In this document: positions 51,779 through 62,465 of the stretch, in pieces
Layout: each line of letters opens with the position of its first letter
How positions within the stretch are numbered: the stretch's first letter is position 1
From: Gammaproteobacteria bacterium
GTDB lineage: Bacteria; Pseudomonadota; Gammaproteobacteria; GCA-001735895
Reading direction: 5' to 3'
Length of the DNA stretch: 64,000 nucleotides
NCBI GenBank assembly: GCA_050298595.1
Contig: JBNKUM010000098.1
Span: forward strand, 1 to 64,000
Position numbers and translations under genes: made by a program
Notes under the pieces: generated by a model
The model's database searches: none
What the model was told of the DNA's origin: nothing
The model's input: only the letters and a program-made list of their open reading frames with translations

Positions 51779-52158
51779 CTGTTAATCTCAACCGAGTAAT
51801 TGAATTTTGCGACAAGATATAGCTGAGCGATATAAGGCTTTTCGACCGAATAATCTACGGTGATTGTAGTGATTCCTTCTTTACGCACAAAACTGACATT
51901 CTCTCGCTTGATATTTCGAATCGAATTAACCACTAGACGTTTACTAATTGCATCCCATAAGTCTTTTTTGGATTTTGGATCTATTGATGGATCATTTGCC
52001 ACAGAATCAACTACCGATTTCACATTAAAATAATCCAGATACATAGGTAAAATCTTTAAGCCGGTAAGTACGATACTTCCAAAAATCGCTATTATAATTA
52101 TCCAGCCGATAGTCGTTAAGCCTTTCTGTGAATGCCTGTTCATAGTTTTCTCACTCAT
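51775..52158 (-). CDS. DUF4845-like protein
   Basis: Pilin-like N-terminus SQKGLTTIGW; usual lepB-rnc position. Confidence 0.75.
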   Translation of the reverse strand: MSEKTMNRHSQKGLTTIGWIIIIAIFGSIVLTGLKILPMYLDYFNVKSVVDSVANDPSIDPKSKKDLWDAISKRLVVNSIRNIKRENVSFVRKEGITTITVDYSVEKPYIAQLYLVAKFNYSVEINR

Positions 52159-52952
52159 ATTTTCTGACCAATTCTTGATAAGTCTAGACCACTACCGCCA
52201 GCTCGCCAATCCCAGTGCATCCAGACTCTAACGGCTTTCCCTACCAGATTCTGCTCAGGTACAAAGCCCCAGTAACGACTATCGTTACTATGGTCTCGAT
52301 TATCTCCCATTACGAAGTAATGCCCATCGGGTACGATCAGTTCTCCTTCCGTACTAAATTCTATGTTTGAATCAGTCATCATGGTATAGGAATGGTCGCC
52401 CTGTTTTTCAATAAAAACATCGCTCCCTTTCATATTATCCCGACCGGTCCCCTGACCTTCAAACACCTTTTGAAACTCCACTGGCAAGGGCTTATCGTTA
52501 ATCATTAATCGTCTACCATAATAGCTCACATGATCACCCGGCAACCCAATCACTCGTTTGATAAAATCTACGGATTCGTCTTTGGGATAGCGAAAAACCG
52601 CAACATCTCCACGTTCGGGTTTTACTCCCTCGGTCACCCTGGTATGTACAACAGGCAAGCGTAATCCGTAAGTGTATTTATTCACTAAAATAAAATCACC
52701 CACCAGTAACGTTGGCATCATTGAGCCTGAAGGTATACGAAACGGCTCATAAAGAAATGTGCGCAATAGCATCACGGCCAGTAAAACCGGGAAAAAAGAC
52801 TTGGAATACTCGACCAGTATTGGATCAGGAGAAGCGGTACCACTAGAATTAAGCTGCCTTTTAGAAGCTAGAAATAGTTTATCTATCAGCCATATAAAGC
52901 CGGTAACAGCAACAGCTGCAACCAGTACAAATTCAAAATCAAAATGAATCAT
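52155..52952 (-). CDS. lepB: Signal peptidase I
   Basis: IPSGSMMPTL, FIKRVIGLPGD, GDNRDHSNDSRYWG. Confidence 0.97.
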   Translation of the reverse strand: MIHFDFEFVLVAAVAVTGFIWLIDKLFLASKRQLNSSGTASPDPILVEYSKSFFPVLLAVMLLRTFLYEPFRIPSGSMMPTLLVGDFILVNKYTYGLRLPVVHTRVTEGVKPERGDVAVFRYPKDESVDFIKRVIGLPGDHVSYYGRRLMINDKPLPVEFQKVFEGQGTGRDNMKGSDVFIEKQGDHSYTMMTDSNIEFSTEGELIVPDGHYFVMGDNRDHSNDSRYWGFVPEQNLVGKAVRVWMHWDWRAGGSGLDLSRIGQKI

Positions 52953-53011
52953 ATTTCACTAAACTCTTCTATATTAAAAATTTTGGAGGCCCGGTATAGA
53001 CCAGAGGCCCC

Positions 53012-54811
53012 TTATTTACTATCTACCTGCAAAACGGCGAGGAAGGCATCCTGAGGTATTTCAACACGACCTACCTGTTTCATGCGTTTCTTACCCGCTT
53101 TTTGCTTTTCCAGCAGTTTTTTCTTACGCGACACGTCACCACCGTAACATTTTGCAGTCACGTTTTTGCGCAGTGCTTTAACATTGGTTCGGGCAATGAT
53201 ATGCGCGCCTATTGCAGCCTGAATGGCCACATCAAACATTTGACGGGGAATCAAATCTTTCATCTTACTGGCAAGTTCACGACCACGATAATCGGCATTA
53301 TCTCTATGTACGATGATAGATAAGGCATCTACACGCTCGTTATTAATCAGCACATCAAGTTTCACAAGGTTTGCCGCTTCAAAGCGTAGAAATTCATAAT
53401 CGAAAGAAGCATAACCCCGGCTCACACTCTTCAATCGATCAAAGAAATCCAGAACAACTTCACTCATAGGAATTTCATACACGATAGAAACCTGACTACC
53501 CATATATTGAATCTGTTTCTGCACACCTCGCTTTTCGACACACAGGGTAATAATTGCGCCAATATAGGCCTCAGGTGTCAGAATATTCGCACGAATAATC
53601 GGCTCACGGATTTCATTGATTTTATTCACCGCAGGTAACTCGGCCGGGTTATGGATTTCAATAATCTCACCCGAGGTACTTTCCACCTGATAGATAACGG
53701 TAGGTGCTGTGGTGATCAAATCCAGATCGTACTCACGCTCCAGACGCTCCTGCACAATCTCCATGTGTAACATACCGAGGAAACCGCAACGAAAGCCGAA
53801 GCCCAACGCCTGCGAAGTTTCCGGTTCAAACTGTAATGCAGCATCGTTTAATTTAAGCTTTTTTAATGCTTCACGGCAGTTTTCATAGTCATCCGAGCTG
53901 ATCGGAAATAAACCCGCAAATACCCGCGGCTGAATTTCCTTAAAACCTGGCAAAGCCTGGTCAGCAGGATTTTGCACAAGAGTAATGGTATCACCGACTT
54001 TTGCGGATTCGATATCCTTGATTCCGGAAATAATATAACCCACTTCACCACAGGATAATTGTGCGGTAGCAGTACGCTTTGGAGTAAATACTCCTACCTG
54101 ATCCACCAGAAATTCAAATCCAGTTGACATCATTTTAATTTTTTGGCGTGGTTTGACACTACCCTGCATAACACGAACCAGCGTAATAACACCGACATAG
54201 CTATCGAACCATGAGTCTATGATCAACGCCTGACAGGGCAAGTTTTCATCACCCTGAGGAGGAGGAACCTTAGCCACCAGCTGTTCTAATAAATCATCGA
54301 TACCAATACCGGTTTTTGCGCTGACTTCTATCGCCTCACTGGCATCCAGACCGATAATGTCCTCGATTTCTTTCTTAACTTTCTCTGGATCTGCGGCTGG
54401 CAGGTCGATTTTATTAAGTACAGGAATGACTTCCAGATTCATATCTATCGCTGTATAACAGTTAGCCACTGACTGGGCTTCTACGCCCTGAGAAGCATCG
54501 ACAACCAGTAGAGCACCTTCACAGGCCGCCAGGGAACGTGATACCTCATAAGAGAAATCTACATGTCCAGGAGTATCGATAAAGTTGAGTTGATAGACCT
54601 CGCCATCGCGTGCTTTATATTTCAGTGAAACTGACTGAGCCTTAATGGTTATCCCACGTTCGCGCTCCAGATCCATCGAATCCAGCACCTGCTCAGACAT
54701 CTCGCGTTCGGTTAACCCTTCACAGATCTGTATAAAACGGTCTGCGATGGTGGATTTACCGTGATCGATATGAGCAATAATGGAAAAGTTTCGGATATTC
54801 TGCATCCGCAT
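53012..54811 (-). CDS. lepA: Elongation factor 4
   Basis: [16 protein letters not shown] and [18 protein letters not shown]. Confidence 0.98.
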   Translation of the reverse strand: MRMQNIRNFSIIAHIDHGKSTIADRFIQICEGLTEREMSEQVLDSMDLERERGITIKAQSVSLKYKARDGEVYQLNFIDTPGHVDFSYEVSRSLAACEGALLVVDASQGVEAQSVANCYTAIDMNLEVIPVLNKIDLPAADPEKVKKEIEDIIGLDASEAIEVSAKTGIGIDDLLEQLVAKVPPPQGDENLPCQALIIDSWFDSYVGVITLVRVMQGSVKPRQKIKMMSTGFEFLVDQVGVFTPKRTATAQLSCGEVGYIISGIKDIESAKVGDTITLVQNPADQALPGFKEIQPRVFAGLFPISSDDYENCREALKKLKLNDAALQFEPETSQALGFGFRCGFLGMLHMEIVQERLEREYDLDLITTAPTVIYQVESTSGEIIEIHNPAELPAVNKINEIREPIIRANILTPEAYIGAIITLCVEKRGVQKQIQYMGSQVSIVYEIPMSEVVLDFFDRLKSVSRGYASFDYEFLRFEAANLVKLDVLINNERVDALSIIVHRDNADYRGRELASKMKDLIPRQMFDVAIQAAIGAHIIARTNVKALRKNVTAKCYGGDVSRKKKLLEKQKAGKKRMKQVGRVEIPQDAFLAVLQVDSK

Positions 54812-54913
54812 AGATAAAAGCCCAGGTTGAAAAGCCTGCGAATTTTACGGGAAACTACCGCAAAGAGACAGGGCGAAAACGAAGTTTAGCCAAAAAATGC
54901 CTCAATAGTTTGT

Positions 54914-55210
54914 TCAGACTGATAATAGTTCGAGGATCGCCTTTTCGTCGATGAAATAGTGGCAAACCTCATTTCCATCCAGTTGCAATACAGGAACCAG
55001 AGTATCGAACTGAAAAATCAGATCGGTATCACGATCAATATCGATTTCTGTCCAGGTGAAGGCCACCTTTTTCTGAAGCTTTGCCAATGCGAGTCGCATC
55101 GACTCGCAAAGGTGGCAGTTTTCTCGATAATAAAGGATGAAGCTTTTCTGAGCTGCTGCAGCCACTGAATCAGGGCTTGTCAGGTTTAATGGCCAGAAAC
55201 ACTGGGCCAC
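54914..55210 (-). CDS. Glutaredoxin-like protein (DUF836 type); start uncertain
   Basis: YYRENCHLCE CxxC, IDID, VPVL. Confidence 0.75.
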   Translation of the reverse strand: MAQCFWPLNLTSPDSVAAAAQKSFILYYRENCHLCESMRLALAKLQKKVAFTWTEIDIDRDTDLIFQFDTLVPVLQLDGNEVCHYFIDEKAILELLSV

Positions 55211-56588
55211 TACTACGCTGAATCAAGATGGCAACTGACTTTTGATCTTGTAGCCCATCCACAACCTCATTAAATTCGTCCACTGTATTCACACCGTGGT
55301 TATCTATCATACTGATCACATCACCTTTTCGGATACCTGCACTGCTGGCAGGCCCCTGAGCATCAGTATCCATTACAAGCACACCCGCAGACAGACCCAG
55401 CCTGTCACGTGTAGCCTTGTCCAGGGGAGTAACCGTCATTCCAAGAGCAGACTTTTCTACTTCTTTAGGTTTTACCACTGGTGCAGAAGCCTGAGTAATA
55501 TCAGTCGGTAACTGAGCAATTTTCACCTTAATGGTTTTTTCCTTACGATCACGAATAATAGTGACATCCGCATACTTATCAACCGCCGTTCTGCCAACCA
55601 GAGGGGGCAAGCTACTTGAACGCGTCACTTTCTTACCATTGAATTCGACGATCACATCTCCAACCTGTAAACCAGCCTGCTGAGCAGGGCTATCATCCAG
55701 CACCTTGGCTACAAGAGCACCGTGTGGGGTCTTCATTCCGAAAGTTTCAGCCAGTTCGCGCGTAACTTCCTGAATCAGTACGCCTAACCAGCCACGTGAT
55801 ACCTTGCCACTCTCCTTGATTTGCATAGCAACATCGACAGCCATCTCGATTGGAATAGCAAACGACAGTCCCATAAACCCACCCGAACGGCTATATATCT
55901 GTGAGTTGATACCAATAACTTCACCATCCATATTAAACAATGGACCACCGGAGTTACCGGGATTAATGGCCACATCCGTTTGAATAAAAGGTACATAGTT
56001 ATCACTAGGTAAGCTACGACTCTTGGCACTCACGATGCCTGCGGTTACGGTATGGTCAAAACCAAAAGGTGAACCTATAGCCAGCACCCATTCTCCAACT
56101 TTCAGAGCATTCGAGTCACCGAATTTAAGCATTGGAAAATCATCACCTTCAATCTTGATCAGAGCAATATCCGAATCCTTATCAGAACCTATCACCTTAG
56201 CTTCATACTCTTCGCGATTATTCAGTCGAACAATCACTTCATCAGCACCATCAACCACATGGTGATTGGTCAGAATATAGCCATCCCTGGAAATAATAAA
56301 ACCAGATCCGAGTGAACTGGTTTCTCGATCAGGTATACCTAATCCGTCCGGATTAAAGAATTTTTTAAACAATTCACTGAAGGGCGAGCCATCTGGAAGC
56401 TGAGGAATCTCCAGATGCTTATGCAATTGATTACTTTTAATGATTTTAGAAGTACTGATATTAACCACCGAATCTTTCGCTTTTTCTACAATGCCCGTAA
56501 AGTCAGGTAACTGGTTAGCAAACGCAATCGGTGTGTTGAAAAAAAGGATGCTAAAAGCAATAAAAAATAGCGGAACAATTTTTTTCAT
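55170..56588 (-). CDS. mucD: Periplasmic serine protease DegP/MucD
   Basis: TNHHV, DIAL, GNSGGPL, two PDZ domains; follows rseC. Confidence 0.9.
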   Translation of the reverse strand: MKKIVPLFFIAFSILFFNTPIAFANQLPDFTGIVEKAKDSVVNISTSKIIKSNQLHKHLEIPQLPDGSPFSELFKKFFNPDGLGIPDRETSSLGSGFIISRDGYILTNHHVVDGADEVIVRLNNREEYEAKVIGSDKDSDIALIKIEGDDFPMLKFGDSNALKVGEWVLAIGSPFGFDHTVTAGIVSAKSRSLPSDNYVPFIQTDVAINPGNSGGPLFNMDGEVIGINSQIYSRSGGFMGLSFAIPIEMAVDVAMQIKESGKVSRGWLGVLIQEVTRELAETFGMKTPHGALVAKVLDDSPAQQAGLQVGDVIVEFNGKKVTRSSSLPPLVGRTAVDKYADVTIIRDRKEKTIKVKIAQLPTDITQASAPVVKPKEVEKSALGMTVTPLDKATRDRLGLSAGVLVMDTDAQGPASSAGIRKGDVISMIDNHGVNTVDEFNEVVDGLQDQKSVAILIQRSSGPVFLAIKPDKP

Positions 56589-56619
56589 TTTTTAATCTCT
56601 AAAATAAAGTAACGATTAA

Positions 56620-56646
56620 TAGGACTAGAAGATTGAGCTTAGGTTC
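56620..56646 (-). promoter_or_regulatory. SigmaE-type promoter of degP/mucD
   Basis: Minus strand GAACCT-N16-TCCTA versus GAACTT-N16-TCTRA. Confidence 0.5.
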
Positions 56647-57073
56647 ACCAGATTTTACGCATGATTTTCGGCTGTAATGCGTTCGCATAACGACGCCGAG
56701 ACAGACTACCGGAAAATAGTAGCCCCGTAATCAAACCGAGCATAGAGAGCACCACAGTTACCCACTCAACATGCCAGAGTAACTCAGCTAATAATGCACT
56801 TAAAAAGAATGTTAATAACGGTAACAGATAAATCAGAAAAGAGCTTAAAAGGTAGGATTTATCAGGAATAGCCAGTATCACCTTATCCCCTGATTTAAGA
56901 CCCAGAGTGTTTGAAAAAACCCACTCAGTACTTTTATAACCCATTAATTTACCGAGACTTCCAGTACCGCAACCTTCGTTTAAACTACAGTGCTGGCAAC
57001 CTGACTGTCGTTTAACCGTCATCCAGACCTTATCACCTTTAACAAAAGTTACCTGAGCCTGTTGTTCTATCAT
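56645..57073 (-). CDS. rseC: RseC/MucC
   Basis: RQSGCQHC....GCG and YLLPL plus two TM. Confidence 0.9.
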   Translation of the reverse strand: MIEQQAQVTFVKGDKVWMTVKRQSGCQHCSLNEGCGTGSLGKLMGYKSTEWVFSNTLGLKSGDKVILAIPDKSYLLSSFLIYLLPLLTFFLSALLAELLWHVEWVTVVLSMLGLITGLLFSGSLSRRRYANALQPKIMRKIW

Positions 57074-57088
57074 TGGACGTACTCTGAA

Positions 57089-58099
57089 TTAATTCTGATA
57101 CACCACAGCTTCTGCAATCTGTCGTACGGTAACAGCCGGTACTTCTCCGATTGCAGTGATATTAAATTCTTTATAACGTGTACCAAAGGCATTCACCGCT
57201 CCCATTGATGACTCGCCCACAAGCTGTTGATCATGTGCTTGCTCGATAAATACTGAAACAGAGGCCATACCATCGGTTAAAATCATTTGCTGGGTATAAT
57301 CATCAGTAAGCGACATTTTTTTGCGGAAAGAAGTTTCCAGCCAGAAGCCTCCTGGAACCGACTTTAACTGCCATTTATCATCGGAACTCTGTGGGTTGCC
57401 ATCAGCTCCCTGGTGTGATTGTATTAATGCATAGCTATCATCGATTTTAGGTAACACTGAAAAAGCTTTTTGCTGTTCACTGTCGAGTAAGGTTAAATCA
57501 GTAAACATGACCTGTTCTACATTTTCACCATTCCCATCTATCACAGAAGACTGGACTAACAAACCAGTACCCACATCCAGCCAGATCTTCATCCCGTATC
57601 TAAACTCATCCCTCGGTAAAATTGAGATAATGACAGCATTACGATCAGCGATCCGGTCATGACCTAATATTTTAAATTCGTAAAATTTTGAGAGTCTTTG
57701 CACATCCTCCGGAATCCAGATGGGTGATACATTATTCACCTGTTTTGCCTGATCAACGACTACCTGTTTACTGGATGGCCAGATACAGGTCAGGTTTTTA
57801 TTGTCGCGAAGAATTTCACGAGCTTCGCCATTAAGAGATACCAGGCGCTCGCGATTACCAAGTTCATCTTTTACATGAACAATGGACATGCTCTCCAGTT
57901 GCCCGTCGTGCAGATACACGAAGTGCCCCTGATAACTATATTGCTGCATAGCGTGCGACATTTTTTGGATCCATTGCATCGCATCATTCTGGGTACTGTC
58001 GGCATAACTATCTACTCCCTGAAGCGCCAGGGAACTGAATAAAAGTATCTGAATAAAAAATACAGGGTGATACGACCTGTTTTTATTTCTGGTCATCAA
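57089..58099 (-). CDS. rseB: RseB/MucB
   Basis: ERLVSLNGEAREILR, DGMASVSVFIE, GEVPAVT. Confidence 0.92.
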   Translation of the reverse strand: MMTRNKNRSYHPVFFIQILLFSSLALQGVDSYADSTQNDAMQWIQKMSHAMQQYSYQGHFVYLHDGQLESMSIVHVKDELGNRERLVSLNGEAREILRDNKNLTCIWPSSKQVVVDQAKQVNNVSPIWIPEDVQRLSKFYEFKILGHDRIADRNAVIISILPRDEFRYGMKIWLDVGTGLLVQSSVIDGNGENVEQVMFTDLTLLDSEQQKAFSVLPKIDDSYALIQSHQGADGNPQSSDDKWQLKSVPGGFWLETSFRKKMSLTDDYTQQMILTDGMASVSVFIEQAHDQQLVGESSMGAVNAFGTRYKEFNITAIGEVPAVTVRQIAEAVVYQN

Positions 58100-58727
58100 A
58101 TCCTACTACTCTGGCCTGAGGAATAATTCCACTCATGGAATTAGAATACTCATTGTGATTGATCAAATAAATGTTCAATTTATTCTGCATTGCAGGTTCA
58201 TTGCGTTTAATCTTCCAGTTCATACCATTCACCAGTTTACGAGCAGGTGCAGCAGTTGAAACTAGCTGAGCATTGTTCTGTATCACAGGAATCTGTGCTA
58301 AACGTTCCACCTTGGCACTACTGGCATCAGAATTTGCCAACTGATCAGGCTGACTGTTTGTCAACTGCGTAGACTGGAAGGTAGAAATAGTAATTACAGC
58401 AACTGCCGCCGCCACAGCAAGTCCAGCAACGGGCTTAAATAACCAGCCCCACAAGTTTACAGGTACTCTGTTAGTTGAGCGTTTTTTATTGCTGGAGGGT
58501 TTAAGCGATGATTCCTGAGCAATTTGCGACATAACGTCTGCTGCAAACCCTGGCCTGATTTGATCCGGAATGTCATTGCGCATCGTATCGCCGATCAACT
58601 GGTATCGATTCAGGGTGTTTCGTTGATTAATGTCAGCTAACAACTCGTTAAGAGCCTTATGCTCTTCTTCGTTTGCCTGAAAATCATCCATCAGCGCAGA
58701 TAGCTTTTCATTTTGCTCATTCATCAT
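58083..58727 (-). CDS. rseA: Anti-sigmaE factor RseA/MucA
   Basis: EKLSALMD, RYQLIGDTMR, TM AVAAAVA, YLINH. Confidence 0.9.
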   Translation of the reverse strand: MMNEQNEKLSALMDDFQANEEEHKALNELLADINQRNTLNRYQLIGDTMRNDIPDQIRPGFAADVMSQIAQESSLKPSSNKKRSTNRVPVNLWGWLFKPVAGLAVAAAVAVITISTFQSTQLTNSQPDQLANSDASSAKVERLAQIPVIQNNAQLVSTAAPARKLVNGMNWKIKRNEPAMQNKLNIYLINHNEYSNSMSGIIPQARVVGFDDQK

Positions 58728-58761
58728 CTTAATTCCGGTATTCTCATAGTTATCATTTTAG

Positions 58762-59337
58762 TCATTCCAACAACGGTCTTAGTTCCTTATCAATTGCATC
58801 CCGAGCACGAAATATTCGCGATCTGACCGTACCAATAGGGCAATCCATTACCGACGCAATCTCCTCATAACTTAAGCCTTCGATTTCTCGCAGCGTAATC
58901 GCTGATTTTAAATCATCCGGTAAGGCTTCTATAGCTGCATAAATTGTATGTTTGATCTCATCAGTAAGCATTAAGTTCTCAGGGGTGGTAAATTCTTTTA
59001 ATCCACTTTCCCCACCGAAGTGTTCAGCATCATCAACATCAACCGAATAGTTCGGTGTTTTGCGACTTTTTGATGCCAGGTGGTTTTTGGCCGTATTAGC
59101 AGCAATTCTATACAGCCAGGTATAAAACTGACTATCACCTCTAAAATTGGGTAAAGCTCTATAAGCCTTGATAAAGGCTTCCTGGGCCACGTCATAACAC
59201 TCACTATGGTCAGACACAAAACGGGAAATCAAATTCACCACTTTTTGCTGATACCTTAGTACCAGCACATCAAATGCAGCTTTGTCCCCCTGCTGGACAC
59301 GCTCAACCAACTCGACGTCTAATTCTTTGGACCCCAT
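58762..59337 (-). CDS. rpoE: ECF sigma factor RpoE/AlgU
   Basis: DVAQEAFIKAYRAL, FYTWLYRIA, CPIGTVRSRIFRAR; likely start MGSKELD. Confidence 0.96.
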   Translation of the reverse strand: MGSKELDVELVERVQQGDKAAFDVLVLRYQQKVVNLISRFVSDHSECYDVAQEAFIKAYRALPNFRGDSQFYTWLYRIAANTAKNHLASKSRKTPNYSVDVDDAEHFGGESGLKEFTTPENLMLTDEIKHTIYAAIEALPDDLKSAITLREIEGLSYEEIASVMDCPIGTVRSRIFRARDAIDKELRPLLE

Positions 59338-59403
59338 TAAATAACCTTGTTTTGATTTTCTTTTACTGATTTTTAAAAACCAGTGCCCGTTTAAATCCAC
59401 CTA

Positions 59404-59430
59404 TGTGACAGGCAATATATCAAAAGATTC
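59404..59430 (-). promoter_or_regulatory. Possible sigmaE autoregulatory promoter
   Basis: Minus strand GAATCT-N16-TCACA upstream of rpoE. Confidence 0.35.
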
Positions 59431-59542
59431 TCTTCAAGATAGATTTTTTGTGTCAAATTTTCTATAGGCATGGTGTTTTTTGAAGAATCTCTGCATACTC
59501 ACAGGTCTTACACTCATTTCTCCAGGGCTTCTTAATGATATC

Positions 59543-61162
59543 ATGAGCAAACAATACCACTTTGATATAGTCATTATCGGCAGCGGTGCATCCGGTTCCT
59601 CTTTGGCTTTACAGCTTCCTGATAATCTTTCGATAGCTTTATTTGCCAAGAATGGCTTTGAACACTGCTCCAGCAATTACGCCCAGGGCGGCATTTCTGC
59701 CGTATTAGAACCCGAAGATTCTTTCGAATTACACAGCATTGATACTCAGGTGGCTGGAGCAGGTCTATGTGACCCCGAAACTGTGAAAACAGTGACCGAA
59801 AGTGGACCTGAAATCATAAAGTGGTTGTCAGACCTGGGCATGCCATTTACCAAAGATCGCCAGGATGTTTCTAAAAGCGGTTATCATCTGACTCGCGAAG
59901 GTGGTCATAGCAAACGTCGAGTAGTGCACGCAGCTGATGCTACCGGTAGAGCCATGCAGCATACCCTGCAGGCACATGTACTTGAAAAATCTAATATAAC
60001 TATTTTCAATCAACACCACGCGATTGACCTTATTACGCGTCATAACAAGTGTGTGGGCCTTTACGCCTATAACAATTCCAATCATCAGGTAAACGTTTTT
60101 TCTGCGCGCAAGGTCATCCTGGCAACAGGCGGTGCCAGTAAGGTATACCTGTATACCAGCAATCCTGACGGATCCACCGGTGATGGCATAGCCATGGCAT
60201 GGCGCGCCGGTTGTCGAGTGGCGAATATGGAGTTTATGCAATTCCATCCAACCTGCCTGTATCACCCAGAAGCCCGGACATTCCTCATTTCAGAAGCGCT
60301 TCGTGGTGAAGGTGCAAAACTTTTACTGCCCAATGGTAAGCGATTCATGCAGCATTTTGATGAAAGAGCAGAACTTGCCCCGCGCGATATTGTGGCACGT
60401 GCCATTGACCATGAAATGAAAAGACTAGGTGCAGAATGCGTCTATCTGGATATTAGTCATAAGAGTCGAGCTTTTATCAAATCGCATTTTCCTATGATTT
60501 ATGAACGCTGTAAAAAATACGATATCGATATCACTAGCCAACCTATCCCTGTGGTACCAGCAGCGCATTATACCTGTGGAGGCGTGATGATTGACTTACA
60601 TGGACAGACTGACCTTGAGAATCTTTATGCGATTGGTGAAACCGCCTATTCAGGCTTACATGGAGCCAACCGTATGGCAAGCAACTCCCTGCTCGAATGC
60701 CTGAGCTATTCACGTGCGACGGCTCAGCATATAACTGAAACCATTTCCAAAACCCCGAAACCCGGCCGTCTGGTCAACTGGGATGAATCGATGGTGACCG
60801 ATTCAGATGAAGAGGTTGTGGTTGCTCATAACTGGGATGAGCTGCGCCGCTTTATGTGGGATTATGTCGGAATAGTACGCACCAATAAGCGCCTGGAACG
60901 GGCACTCAATCGGGTGCATTTACTGAAACGGGAAATCAACGAGTATTACGGTAACTTCCGGGTTACCGCTGACTTACTGGAACTACGTAACCTGGTCGTG
61001 GTGGCTGAACTGATCATCCGCTCAGCCATGTCGCGTAAAGAGAGTCGAGGCCTGCACTACACGCTGGATTACCCGGATATGCTGGATAAAGCCGAGGTGA
61101 CTATCCTCGAACCTGAAACCAATAATCGCAACTCTAAAAAGGTCACCCTCATCAATAACTGA
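59543..61162 (+). CDS. nadB: L-aspartate oxidase
   Basis: GSGASG, AQGGI, EGGHS, QFHPT, LHGANRMASNSLLE; divergent from rpoE. Confidence 0.96.
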   Translation: MSKQYHFDIVIIGSGASGSSLALQLPDNLSIALFAKNGFEHCSSNYAQGGISAVLEPEDSFELHSIDTQVAGAGLCDPETVKTVTESGPEIIKWLSDLGMPFTKDRQDVSKSGYHLTREGGHSKRRVVHAADATGRAMQHTLQAHVLEKSNITIFNQHHAIDLITRHNKCVGLYAYNNSNHQVNVFSARKVILATGGASKVYLYTSNPDGSTGDGIAMAWRAGCRVANMEFMQFHPTCLYHPEARTFLISEALRGEGAKLLLPNGKRFMQHFDERAELAPRDIVARAIDHEMKRLGAECVYLDISHKSRAFIKSHFPMIYERCKKYDIDITSQPIPVVPAAHYTCGGVMIDLHGQTDLENLYAIGETAYSGLHGANRMASNSLLECLSYSRATAQHITETISKTPKPGRLVNWDESMVTDSDEEVVVAHNWDELRRFMWDYVGIVRTNKRLERALNRVHLLKREINEYYGNFRVTADLLELRNLVVVAELIIRSAMSRKESRGLHYTLDYPDMLDKAEVTILEPETNNRNSKKVTLINN

Positions 61163-61169
61163 TAGCGAC

Positions 61170-61934
61170 TCAGTGTATCGTTTTATCCAGCCACTGTTTG
61201 ATGGCATCGAGTAACTCCGCCTCCTTGCCATCCCAGAAATGGGTCACGCCCTCAAATACCTGTTGTTCATAATGAGCATTATGCGCGGCGGATTGCTTAC
61301 GTAACTCACTGGTATCCAGCACGCCCTGTAAATCCTCCGTACCGTACATATCAAATACTGGAATATTGATCGATTTAAGAGCATTGGCTGAATTCAAATG
61401 ACTATCTTTTTGCGTGGCACCCATACCGATAGCTACAAATGCCTTCGCCTTACTGGTATTACGTGACAGATAATAACTGGACATAGTCGCCCCCTGGCTG
61501 TGCGAGACGATGACGATATCGGTCATACCTTTTTCCAGCAGAAAATCCTCTGCGGCTTTCATGCGGGGCGGGACCTCAGGATACAAAGGGACATAATCTG
61601 CATACTCCGCCTCATTCGGCAGAATTGGCATCTGAATGGATAAGGTATTCCAGCCATGGCTCGCCATATCAACACGAATGGGCTTTACCACCTGATCCCA
61701 GTCAGGGTGAACGCCAGTCCCATGCACCACGATCATACCCTTGCGGGTTTCCTCTTCAGCTTCGGTATAGATAGCAAGAAATTTTTGATTCCCTGCCTGT
61801 AACCATTCAGCCTCACCATCTAATAATGAATCGACAATTTGATCTGCCCAGCGCTGTTCCTTTGCCTGATCAGATGCCAGTACAGATTGAAAGTTTGCAA
61901 ACAACAGTAAAAATAATAAGATGAGCTGACGCAT
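61170..61934 (-). CDS. Exported alpha/beta-hydrolase-fold protein (DUF3530-like)
   Basis: Signal peptide, HGTGVHPDW, GWNTLSIQMP, SHSQG nucleophile elbow, Asp and His downstream. Confidence 0.75.
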   Translation of the reverse strand: MRQLILLFLLLFANFQSVLASDQAKEQRWADQIVDSLLDGEAEWLQAGNQKFLAIYTEAEEETRKGMIVVHGTGVHPDWDQVVKPIRVDMASHGWNTLSIQMPILPNEAEYADYVPLYPEVPPRMKAAEDFLLEKGMTDIVIVSHSQGATMSSYYLSRNTSKAKAFVAIGMGATQKDSHLNSANALKSINIPVFDMYGTEDLQGVLDTSELRKQSAAHNAHYEQQVFEGVTHFWDGKEAELLDAIKQWLDKTIH

Positions 61935-62018
61935 AAGGGGCGGGTCCTGTGTTCGTTAGTATAGAAATCGAAATTGATTTTCATTCTTAAATGATTCAAT
62001 CAGGGCGAATATTATTCC

Positions 62019-62435
62019 ATGATAAAACAACAACAGATCAGTATCACCACAGATGGGCGATCAACCACTAATATCACTCGGGAAATCAATCACATCATCC
62101 GCGAAAGTGGTGTCAACAATGGCCTTTGTCACATATTTATCCAGCATACCAGCGCATCCTTAATCATCACCGAAAACGCCGACCCTGCGGTGCGTAAGGA
62201 TCTGGAATACTTTATGAGCAAGCTCGTCATCGATGGCGACCCTCATTATATCCATGATCAGGAAGGGCCGGATGACATGTCAGCACATATAAGAAATATA
62301 TTGACCCAAACCGAAATAACCATCCCCATTCATCACGGGCATAGCGGCCTCGGCACCTGGCAGGGTGTATTTGTATGGGAACACCGAAGCATGCCGCATC
62401 AGCGCCAGCTACTCATCACCATCAATGGCGAGTGA
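62019..62435 (+). CDS. yjbQ: YjbQ family protein (UPF0047)
   Basis: HTSASL..ENADP, EGPDDMSAH, LGTWQG. Confidence 0.9.
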   Translation: MIKQQQISITTDGRSTTNITREINHIIRESGVNNGLCHIFIQHTSASLIITENADPAVRKDLEYFMSKLVIDGDPHYIHDQEGPDDMSAHIRNILTQTEITIPIHHGHSGLGTWQGVFVWEHRSMPHQRQLLITINGE

Positions 62436-62465
62436 GTTTTCTCAGACCAGATAGTTCACAATGAA